DNA of 64,000 bases, taken from IMG/VR virus record IMGVR_UViG_3300021131_000003, positions 1-64,000 of that record; one strand, written 5' to 3'. The notes beneath the pieces are model-generated. The model did no database searches and was not told the DNA's origin. It saw only the letters and a program-made list of their open reading frames with translations. The DNA comes from a virus. The translations under genes were made by a program, and so were the position numbers. Of this stretch, positions 8,944 through 16,744 are shown piece after piece (position 1 is the first letter of the stretch; every line of letters begins with the position of its first letter).

Positions 8944-9085
8944 CCTCTTTTAGGTAATCTTCCAAAGCCTTGATGATAATGCTAGTGACAGTTACGCCCT
9001 CTTTTTTGGCCTTCTTCTGAACGGCAAGCCAGAGGTCATCAGGGACACGGATAGTCCTAGTCGGAGTCTTAGGTGCGTTAGGCAT
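8933..9085 (-). CDS. Ribbon-helix-helix (Arc/CopG-like) regulator, 50 aa, absent from ORF track
   Basis: MPNAPKTPTRTIRVPDDLWLAVQKKAKKEGVTVTSIIIKALEDYL; TAGAAT-6 nt-ATG leaderless start. Confidence 0.85.
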   Translation of the reverse strand: MPNAPKTPTRTIRVPDDLWLAVQKKAKKEGVTVTSIIIKALEDYLKEVDN

Positions 9086-9094
9086 TAGATAATT

Positions 9095-10684
9095 CTAGAC
9101 TATAGAAGCTTGAAGGAATTGCTTTAAGCTGCCTATGCTCATAGCAACTCCGCCCTCCTCATCTATGCCCTCGCCATCAATGATGGCGCTTGCTACTGCG
9201 GACTTCTGCTGTAGTGCTTCCCACTGACGCTCTTCAATAGAGCCCTGTACAAGAATGTCTTGAATAACAATAGTCTTCCACGTAGAGCTGGCGCGTTTGA
9301 TACGACCATTACGCTGGACTGCTCCGCCTGAAGACCAAGGCAAGTCATAGTTAATGAGTAGGTTAGCGGCAGGTAGGTCTACGCCATAACCGCCCGCATC
9401 ACTTGAGATAAGCACTCTGATGGATGGGTCAGTATTGAACGCTACCTTGTTATCTTCTTTAGTCTTAGCGTCAAGCTTACCTGAATATAAACGGCACTGG
9501 TCTGGCCCTAGAGCTTCAGCAACCATATCAAGCATGTCAACGTAAGTAGCAAAGATGACCACCTTATTAGCCTCGTCTTGTTCGAGGAAATCTTTGACGT
9601 ACTGGACCAGATACTCCAGTTTAGGAGAACCGTTAATGCCATCGAGATGACCACCATCGACAAGATTTGCAGCATAGGCTGACCCTTCTCCGTTTAATTG
9701 TGTGAACTTAGAAGCACTGGTTTTTAATAGCTCTGGGTGTGAGCAGAGCATCTTTAAGCAACCAATCTTAGACATAATCTTTCCGCGTATCTCGTCCTCA
9801 GGACCGCCGCGTTGGTTCTCATAACCGTAATGAGCTATCACATTGAAGTTAGCTCCAAACAAAGCCTGCGCCTCATCAAGGTCAAACAACAGGTCTTCTA
9901 CAATGCGTGTGTATAACTTAGAGCTCTTTCGGTCAAAGGTAATAAAGACTGGCTCTTTATGAATAGCCTCTGGTAGGAACGGGGCAACATCTGGGTCCTT
10001 CTGCGCCTTGCGGACAGAAGCCTCTTTCATCTTCTCATGCAGAGTAGAAAGGTTGCGGTAATGCTGAACACCGCCCCAGCTGTTGCGGACAATAAATGCT
10101 GAGTCAAAGATATCAAACCTGCCTAATACCTTGGCATCTACAAACTGCATGATGCTGTAGAGCTCTTCTGGCTTACCGTTCTCAATCGGAGTACCAGTTA
10201 AAGCAAAACGGTAGGGTGAGTTAATTAATCTCTTTACTGCTTTTGAACGTTTTGATTTGAATGATTTAATAGCTGTGGCTTCATCAAGTACTACAAATCC
10301 TCGTGGTAATTCCTTAACATGGTCCCAATCGTTAACGACCTGTTCATAGTTGAGAATGATGTAGTCAACTCCAGAGGTTCTCCAGTTAAGAGCATCTCTG
10401 TACTGTTCTTCTCTCTTAGCTTTGGTTCCATCAATGACCAGAGCACGTGAAGTACCATCTGTAAATTTCTCAATCTGATTAGCCCACTGATATTTAAGTG
10501 AGGATAAACAAATTATAAGGCCAGGCTCAGTAACCTTGTGCTCATCCATAAGTCTTTCTATAGCGGCTATGGTAATAACAGTCTTGCCCAGCCCAAGGTC
10601 ATAAGCAACCAGCATGCGATTGCGTTCGCACATTCGGTCAACAGCCTCTGGCTGGTAAGGGAGTAGGGTGCCTTTAAAAGTCAC
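9095..10684 (-). CDS. SNF2-family helicase
   Basis: DLGLGKT, VLDEA, LTGTPIEN, AGGYGVDL, QRNGRIKR. Confidence 0.9.
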   Translation of the reverse strand: MTFKGTLLPYQPEAVDRMCERNRMLVAYDLGLGKTVITIAAIERLMDEHKVTEPGLIICLSSLKYQWANQIEKFTDGTSRALVIDGTKAKREEQYRDALNWRTSGVDYIILNYEQVVNDWDHVKELPRGFVVLDEATAIKSFKSKRSKAVKRLINSPYRFALTGTPIENGKPEELYSIMQFVDAKVLGRFDIFDSAFIVRNSWGGVQHYRNLSTLHEKMKEASVRKAQKDPDVAPFLPEAIHKEPVFITFDRKSSKLYTRIVEDLLFDLDEAQALFGANFNVIAHYGYENQRGGPEDEIRGKIMSKIGCLKMLCSHPELLKTSASKFTQLNGEGSAYAANLVDGGHLDGINGSPKLEYLVQYVKDFLEQDEANKVVIFATYVDMLDMVAEALGPDQCRLYSGKLDAKTKEDNKVAFNTDPSIRVLISSDAGGYGVDLPAANLLINYDLPWSSGGAVQRNGRIKRASSTWKTIVIQDILVQGSIEERQWEALQQKSAVASAIIDGEGIDEEGGVAMSIGSLKQFLQASIV

Positions 10685-11241
10685 AGTAAAGAGTTCATCC
10701 TTGTCTTAACCAATAGCTCTAAGTTTTCTATTGAACCGTTGTTTAAAAATATCTGGTCAGCCTCATAAGATGCCATCTCGCTTTCAGAGATATGGTTATT
10801 GATAGCCTCAACGCCTGGGCGGGTAATGCGCCATAGCTGGAACTCCACACCGTCTACCCATTCACCCATTTGTTTGAGGGCTTCAACTTCATTTGTAAAT
10901 CTGACATCTGTAATAACATAGTTATTTTCTGGGTCTAGCTGACGCATGGCTTGGTCAATCCAGAATTGCTCGCCAAAGATATTGCGGGCAGCAACACCTA
11001 TGTTCTGAAGAAGTCTGCGAACCTCTGGATTCTTCTTTGCCTCGTCCCAACCCACCTTCTCTACTAGGTCTCTTACATACCTAGGCTCATTTGATACGTA
11101 GGTATAGATGGGATTGGCGTCAAATACAAAGTCTCGAATACGGTCAGCAAAAGCAACCCGAATATACCCATACTGATTGATAAGTATGTTTGCGACTGTG
11201 TCTTTGCCAGACTGCGCGTAGCCAGTTAGACCAATAATCAT
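10681..11241 (-). CDS. Deoxynucleoside monophosphate kinase
   Basis: IIGLTGYAQSGKDT, RRLLQ, ITDVRFxNE, HISE. Confidence 0.85.
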   Translation of the reverse strand: MIIGLTGYAQSGKDTVANILINQYGYIRVAFADRIRDFVFDANPIYTYVSNEPRYVRDLVEKVGWDEAKKNPEVRRLLQNIGVAARNIFGEQFWIDQAMRQLDPENNYVITDVRFTNEVEALKQMGEWVDGVEFQLWRITRPGVEAINNHISESEMASYEADQIFLNNGSIENLELLVKTRMNSLL

Positions 11242-11432
11242 TGACAGCTCCCACAGTAGTTAGCAGTACGAACATTGTTATAAGTAGTGCGATACATGCA
11301 ACCACAATGATGACAAAGAACATCTACGCCAGGGTCTTCTTTTTTAATCTTACGCGCTGTTGGCGAGCCCTGTGTCAGCCACAGCCACATAATAAGCATA
11401 CCTGTACCAAAACCTAGATAACCAAGAATCAT
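11238..11432 (-). CDS. Small membrane-anchored Zn-finger protein
   Basis: N-terminal hydrophobic stretch, CHHC...CGSC. Confidence 0.55.
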   Translation of the reverse strand: MILGYLGFGTGMLIMWLWLTQGSPTARKIKKEDPGVDVLCHHCGCMYRTTYNNVRTANYCGSCQ

Positions 11433-12349
11433 TTAACACCTCTTAACATATGAGTAGCCGCTATCAAGCCTGCCATTATCTCTGACTTGCTCATAGCACC
11501 CACATCCTTTACATCTACATCCCCGTAGTTGAAGAACCAGCACTCTATACCAGCTTCTTGACATCTGTAAAGTAAGTCTTTAGACGCAGCTTTTCCCGCA
11601 TCATCGTTGTCCATGGCAAAGATAATCCTATCGGCACCTTTGATTAAGTTGAACTGTTCTTTGGAAACGGTGGCGCCATAAGTTGCCACCCCACCCATAA
11701 CTCCGACTGAAGCTAAACGAATTACATCTAACGGGGATTCAACTACAACCATCTCTCCGCCCGTGTATTGAACGTAACCAAATAGGGAGATGCCTTTTTT
11801 CATACCAGCTGGTACGTTCTTAAAGTAACGCTCGGCATGACCTTTCTCTTGCCAACCCAATAGCTTGTTAGTAAGCGGTTCACGGATAGGAATAATCCAG
11901 CGCTCAAAGGTGGGGCTCCATTTAACGCCATATCTATCGCACTCAACTAGAGCTAGCCCTCGGTCTTGGGCAACTAACACAGGAACCTCTGTGTAGGCAC
12001 CAAGCATCGACTCTTCCACTTTTGTTACCTCTTCAATAGGTGGGCGCTTGCTCTTAAATAACTTTTGAAATCTAGAAGTCAAACTAGCGGTAGAGCCTAG
12101 CCAATCCTTTGCCGCGTTAATCTCTATGTTCTCTACATAGCTAATCAATGAGTAAAGGTTGCCTTTCCATCCGCATGAAAAACAAATGAAAGCGCCAGAG
12201 TCAGCATTAATCCACCATGAAGGGTTATGGTCTACATGCCCTGTGCGCTCTTCATGAGCAGCGCAGTAGCCATTAATCTCATCGCCTCGACTGTTAAGAG
12301 TTTCTATTCCAAGACGAGAGAGCGTATCGGTCATCTCTTCTAAGGTCAT
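11429..12349 (-). CDS. dnaG: DNA primase (CHC2 Zn finger + TOPRIM)
   Basis: CxxH...CFSC; VVESPLD; MDND. Confidence 0.9.
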   Translation of the reverse strand: MTLEEMTDTLSRLGIETLNSRGDEINGYCAAHEERTGHVDHNPSWWINADSGAFICFSCGWKGNLYSLISYVENIEINAAKDWLGSTASLTSRFQKLFKSKRPPIEEVTKVEESMLGAYTEVPVLVAQDRGLALVECDRYGVKWSPTFERWIIPIREPLTNKLLGWQEKGHAERYFKNVPAGMKKGISLFGYVQYTGGEMVVVESPLDVIRLASVGVMGGVATYGATVSKEQFNLIKGADRIIFAMDNDDAGKAASKDLLYRCQEAGIECWFFNYGDVDVKDVGAMSKSEIMAGLIAATHMLRGVK

Positions 12350-13572
12350 AGGTCATCTTCTGCCATCTCGCGGAAGTAACCAGTGTTCCAATCCCACATA
12401 AGTGAGACCTCACTGAGACCGCCATTACGGCTGGCTACAACACGTAGTAAACGAGTGTCGTCTACGTTCTCATCTTCGCGCTGTAGACCAAAGATAACGT
12501 CAGCATCTTGGTGGAAGGATGAGGAGTATCCGATTGAGTCGGCAGTAACCTGACCCTTCTTCATCTTCCATGTAAGTGCCTGTGTAGAGATAACAATGGG
12601 TTTGTTAATCTTTTGCGCTAACCGCTTAAGGCTACGGGTGATGTTAGTAATTGCTTGAGGTGTGTTGGATTCATTGGTCTGCTCATCAATCATCAGATAA
12701 GTACCGTCAATGAACACAATGTCTGGGTTCTTGCTTTGCACCTTGCTGGCAACCGCGCTTACGGTTTGACCGCCAGATGAATCTACAAAGTAGAACTTAG
12801 TTTTGTCTGCAGCGATAGTGTCAGAGACTTTATACAACCGTGACTTCTCATCTTGAACCAAGGTACCTGTCATATATCTACGGTGTGAGATGCGAGCGCG
12901 CATAGCGTAGTAACGGCTCTTCTGCTCAGCGTTGCTCATCTCAAAAGACATGAACATAGGCACCTTGCCAGATAAGTGAGAGTTCAAAGCAATCTGCAGA
13001 GCAAGGGTTGATTTACCAGTCTTTGGCGGAGCCACAATAACAATCAGCTGCCCTGGCTGTAAGCCAGAGGTTGCCTCATCCATAGTAGGAAAGCCTGTAG
13101 GCAATCCAAGTAATCCTGGGTTAGCTTCACGGAACTCGTACTCTTCTTGAATACGCTTTGCAGCCTCTGTGATTTCAAGGTCGTTAGATTTAGTTAGACC
13201 TTCTTCTTCTAGCCTAACAATGCCGCGCTCCATAGCAATAAGCGCGCTCTCATGGTCTTGAGTCTTTTCAATAGAGGTGAGGGCTTCACCAATAGTTTTA
13301 ATAATAGAAGCTTTACGACGGCCCTCGACCAACCTATCTATAAAGTAATTTATATTGTCGCTAACATCTAGCAGTTGATAGGTGGGGAAGTTCTCAACGA
13401 TGATATCTAGACTTGGGCACTCCTGATACTCAGCGTAGTGAGTTGTTAAGAACTTAAATATCTTCTTATCAGTTGGGTCAGAGAACCACGAATCATTTAT
13501 GTTCTTCTCTAGAACTACAGCTAAGTCTGTAGTCTCTATGACTTTGCTGATGAGCTTTGCTTCGTTGTTCAT
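12346..13572 (-). CDS. dnaB: DnaB-like replicative helicase
   Basis: LPTGF, APPKTGKS, SFEMS, FIDG, QDAD. Confidence 0.92.
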   Translation of the reverse strand: MNNEAKLISKVIETTDLAVVLEKNINDSWFSDPTDKKIFKFLTTHYAEYQECPSLDIIVENFPTYQLLDVSDNINYFIDRLVEGRRKASIIKTIGEALTSIEKTQDHESALIAMERGIVRLEEEGLTKSNDLEITEAAKRIQEEYEFREANPGLLGLPTGFPTMDEATSGLQPGQLIVIVAPPKTGKSTLALQIALNSHLSGKVPMFMSFEMSNAEQKSRYYAMRARISHRRYMTGTLVQDEKSRLYKVSDTIAADKTKFYFVDSSGGQTVSAVASKVQSKNPDIVFIDGTYLMIDEQTNESNTPQAITNITRSLKRLAQKINKPIVISTQALTWKMKKGQVTADSIGYSSSFHQDADVIFGLQREDENVDDTRLLRVVASRNGGLSEVSLMWDWNTGYFREMAEDDL

Positions 13573-13976
13573 AAGCTACCTATATCCAATCCCCAGTGTC
13601 CGTATCGTAACAGTCTGTCAGGAGTATCTAACACACCGATTACTTCGGGTCTATATGGTAGCTGTGCGACCAAGTGGTCGACGGAATCATACGACGTAAA
13701 GTATCTAAACGGATTAGTACCCATGTTGTCAAGCGTATCTACTAGAGCTGCAAGTTCTTTATCGTCCATAGAAAAAGAAGCAAGCTCTAAGGTTATGCCT
13801 TGTTTAGTTGTGTACATATACAAGAAGCTTAAAGTCTCACGCCGCATCTTTGTATCGATTGCAGGCAGAGAAATAAACTTAAATCTTTTTTTAACGGTGA
13901 GTTCTACCAATAAGAATACGTCTGTTGTTACGATGATTCTTTTGGGGAGCTCATTGCTGATGTCCCCGTTCTTCAT
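13569..13976 (-). CDS. Hypothetical protein in the replication operon
   Basis: ORF coupled to both neighbours. Confidence 0.6.
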   Translation of the reverse strand: MKNGDISNELPKRIIVTTDVFLLVELTVKKRFKFISLPAIDTKMRRETLSFLYMYTTKQGITLELASFSMDDKELAALVDTLDNMGTNPFRYFTSYDSVDHLVAQLPYRPEVIGVLDTPDRLLRYGHWGLDIGSL

Positions 13977-14287
13977 TAGTAAACTTCTATTCGACCAAAG
14001 CGTATGACAAAGTCACGAAACTTGTCATTTGATTCTTTAGCTCGCGTTGCATCCTCTTTAGTTGCACGGCTAGATATCTCTAATGGATAGGTGCCATTGT
14101 TGCTATCGATACGCGCCTGTACAAATCTAGTGTGCTTGCAAGTCTTCCGCCCTTTGTAGCCAGGGCATGTGCAGTAAATACCACCAGCGTCGTCTGCAGA
14201 AACCTCAAAGATTCCTGGGCCAGGTGTTTGAGAAGGACTTAAGAACACTTGCACTAGACGAGTGTCGCTCACGGCGTAGCCTTTCAT
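13976..14287 (-). CDS. SWIM zinc-finger protein
   Basis: CTC-x8-CKH. Confidence 0.75.
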   Translation of the reverse strand: MKGYAVSDTRLVQVFLSPSQTPGPGIFEVSADDAGGIYCTCPGYKGRKTCKHTRFVQARIDSNNGTYPLEISSRATKEDATRAKESNDKFRDFVIRFGRIEVY

Positions 14288-14976
14288 TTGCGTAGGTCTC
14301 CAGACGTAGAAGTTATACCGAAGTAGACAAACGCTTCATGAGCAAAGCTCTCTGTAGCGTCCCCGTAAAGGCCTGCCCAGTCTTCCAACTCTACGTTGGT
14401 AGTAACTATGGTAGGCAATCCGTTGTTGAAGCGGGTCCTTAACACATGATGAAGCATATTCTTTTGCCACCCGCTGAGAGAAGAATGTTCTTTGCCTACA
14501 TCATCAATAACTAGCACTCGTATGTTATACGCGTCGTTCTTGCACTCGCCCAGCATGCCTGAGTAGATAACCTCTTGGTCATCTGTTGGGTCATCCATCA
14601 AAGCGCCCTTTAGATTGAGGACGTCATTAAAAGTTATGAAGTAGCAAGGCCTGATTAATGGGCTGCCATCTGCTACGTCAAAAGCTGATAGAGGAAATGT
14701 CGACATTATCTCTTGAATTGTCGACAAAGCTAAAGTTGTCTTGCCGTGACCTGGGGTGCCATAGAACATCAAGCCCTTGCCACAGCCTTTAGAGCCAACC
14801 GCTCTAATAACTTTGCCAGACTCAACTGCGCCGAGCCACTTCTTAATTCTGTTTATATCGTCGGCTTCAATATCTGTGCAGTCATCTAGTGTCCAACCAG
14901 TACGAGCCTTTGGAACGTTAGCCATCTGCACCCAAGTACGGCGCCTCACCTTTAGCTCTTCAAGTTTAAACATCAT
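14284..14976 (-). CDS. DnaC/IstB-like AAA+ helicase loader
   Basis: GTPGHGKT, LVIDDVGKE, PTIVTTN. Confidence 0.85.
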   Translation of the reverse strand: MMFKLEELKVRRRTWVQMANVPKARTGWTLDDCTDIEADDINRIKKWLGAVESGKVIRAVGSKGCGKGLMFYGTPGHGKTTLALSTIQEIMSTFPLSAFDVADGSPLIRPCYFITFNDVLNLKGALMDDPTDDQEVIYSGMLGECKNDAYNIRVLVIDDVGKEHSSLSGWQKNMLHHVLRTRFNNGLPTIVTTNVELEDWAGLYGDATESFAHEAFVYFGITSTSGDLRK

Positions 14977-15766
14977 CCATCCAATCTGCAGTGTGCGCGT
15001 ACTTCTCGTTAGTGGCCTTAACGTCCTCTGGAGTAACCATAACGCGCTTGGCCTCTTCTAGTAGCGTGTGGAACTGTACTATGAAGAACTTCCAAACTTT
15101 TTCTGGGTCGTTGAGCTTAGTGTCGTGTTTAATCTTTGAGAAGTAAAGCTCCATCATGATGACTTCAACCTCACCATCAGTGCCATACTCCTTGCGCTTG
15201 TTGTCTAGCGCATAACGAAACCGACTGCGGGTAACTTGCCACGGAGCTATGTGGAAAATGTTGTGCATCTGCTCAGCAAACTCAAACGCCGAATCGGTAG
15301 AGGACCAGAGCTTAGAGTTCTTGCGCTCGCGCTTGACCATACGGTCTTGCCGTCTAGCCTCATGAGCCTCTAACTGCTCTTCCTGCTTACGGGCCTCAAA
15401 CTTCCGCTTGGCTTCGAGGCGCTCTTCTTCGTTTTCGTAATACTCCAAGGCTTCCTCCCGCGAACTCCGTTCGCTATTCGGTTTGCTTATAAATGAATTA
15501 GCTATTATGTTTAATTTGCTATTCAGCATATTCTGTTGTAACAGGAGTTCCTTTTCGGGACTCCCATTAAGGTAGGACTGGGTCACGTACCTGCCGTTTA
15601 CCAGCTGCCTAGACGTGGTTATATATCCTAGGTCCCTCAGCTCTTTGAGTACGGTTAAGAAGGCTTTCCTCCCCTCAGGGAAGGTGGCGGCTAGACTGTC
15701 CGCACTGATTGGAGCCCCCGTAGACCGTAGGTAGACGTAGACTCCTAAGGCACGGGCTGTAATCAC
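14966..15766 (-). CDS. Putative replication initiator (N-terminal winged HTH)
   Basis: ARALGVYVYL...LKELRDLGYI; directly upstream of the DnaC-like loader. Confidence 0.65.
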   Translation of the reverse strand: MITARALGVYVYLRSTGAPISADSLAATFPEGRKAFLTVLKELRDLGYITTSRQLVNGRYVTQSYLNGSPEKELLLQQNMLNSKLNIIANSFISKPNSERSSREEALEYYENEEERLEAKRKFEARKQEEQLEAHEARRQDRMVKRERKNSKLWSSTDSAFEFAEQMHNIFHIAPWQVTRSRFRYALDNKRKEYGTDGEVEVIMMELYFSKIKHDTKLNDPEKVWKFFIVQFHTLLEEAKRVMVTPEDVKATNEKYAHTADWMDDV

Positions 15767-16422
15767 TCCGTAGGGCCCTTCTGAGCCGTTTTAAGGGCAT
15801 CTCCCAGCTCCTCTACGATGGCTTGCGCGAAGATTTTCGCGATGGCTTGGATTCCGAAATAGATATCTTCCATGTGCTCTTCGTAACCTTCTTCGCCTTC
15901 TTCGGAGTCGTCCTCTTCGTCACCTTCTTCTTCCTCATCCTTGCCATCTTCATCCTCCTCCGACTCAGAGACCTGCTCTTCTTTTGGGATGACTGGCGCT
16001 ACCACCTTGGTCACTCCCGCAGAGCTGATTTTCTTTAGACCATCGGTGAGGTCATAGCAAGGGAACTTCTTTAGCTCTGCCAATATGTTGACACTGTTAT
16101 CGTCCTCATCATCCCAAAGGATGAAGGCAGCAACGTTAGCCTCTTTGGCAAAATCTTTAGCCAAAGTAGTTAGGTTGCCATCCACGACAGTTGCGCTAGG
16201 CATAGCATCAAACTTGTTCATGGGGGCGTAGACGATTATGTCTTTGTTTTTATCCTTAGCCCATTGCGCAGCAAAGATTTGACCTTGGCTGGCTTTTTCT
16301 TGATAGGGCAGGATTAGAACACCGTTCTCACCATTAGCGTGGAAGTGGTCTTCTATAAGCGCCTCTAGGTTGGCGCGGCTGGTAGTTCCGTTACCAGCGA
16401 TTATCACATAGTGCTTGTCCAT
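15763..16422 (-). CDS. Rossmann/SLOG-like protein with long acidic tract
   Basis: VIIAG start, D/E-rich C-terminal region. Confidence 0.5.
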   Translation of the reverse strand: MDKHYVIIAGNGTTSRANLEALIEDHFHANGENGVLILPYQEKASQGQIFAAQWAKDKNKDIIVYAPMNKFDAMPSATVVDGNLTTLAKDFAKEANVAAFILWDDEDDNSVNILAELKKFPCYDLTDGLKKISSAGVTKVVAPVIPKEEQVSESEEDEDGKDEEEEGDEEDDSEEGEEGYEEHMEDIYFGIQAIAKIFAQAIVEELGDALKTAQKGPTE

Positions 16423-16456
16423 AGGACCTCCTTATTAGGGGAGGCTTACAGTAGCA

Positions 16457-16732
16457 CTACTTTATTTGGTTAACGATACTTGCTTTATAGGTGGCGAGTC
16501 TTTTGCCTAGTGTTACTAGGAAACTACCCAAGAAAGCGCCAGCAACAAGCTTAAGCACGAACTGCTTCCAGCTATGGGTGTTTAGCAGATAGGTGCCAAG
16601 AGCGCTAATACCTAAGGATAAGGCTATTGAGATAGCCTTTCCATTAACGAAGATAGATAGGAAGTCAATTGCTTCTTCAAGCGATACTAGGAAGAAGGCA
16701 GTAAACATCCCAAGAAGTAGTAGGTCAATCAT
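16457..16732 (-). CDS. Small membrane protein (3 hydrophobic segments)
   Basis: Hydrophobic helices; TAAGCT-6 nt-ATG leaderless start. Confidence 0.6.
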   Translation of the reverse strand: MIDLLLLGMFTAFFLVSLEEAIDFLSIFVNGKAISIALSLGISALGTYLLNTHSWKQFVLKLVAGAFLGSFLVTLGKRLATYKASIVNQIK

Positions 16733-16744
16733 GGGATTAGCTTA

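Noticed and set aside
15719-15743. GTAGAC short repeats as iterons
   Set aside because: Explained by coding of VYVYLRST
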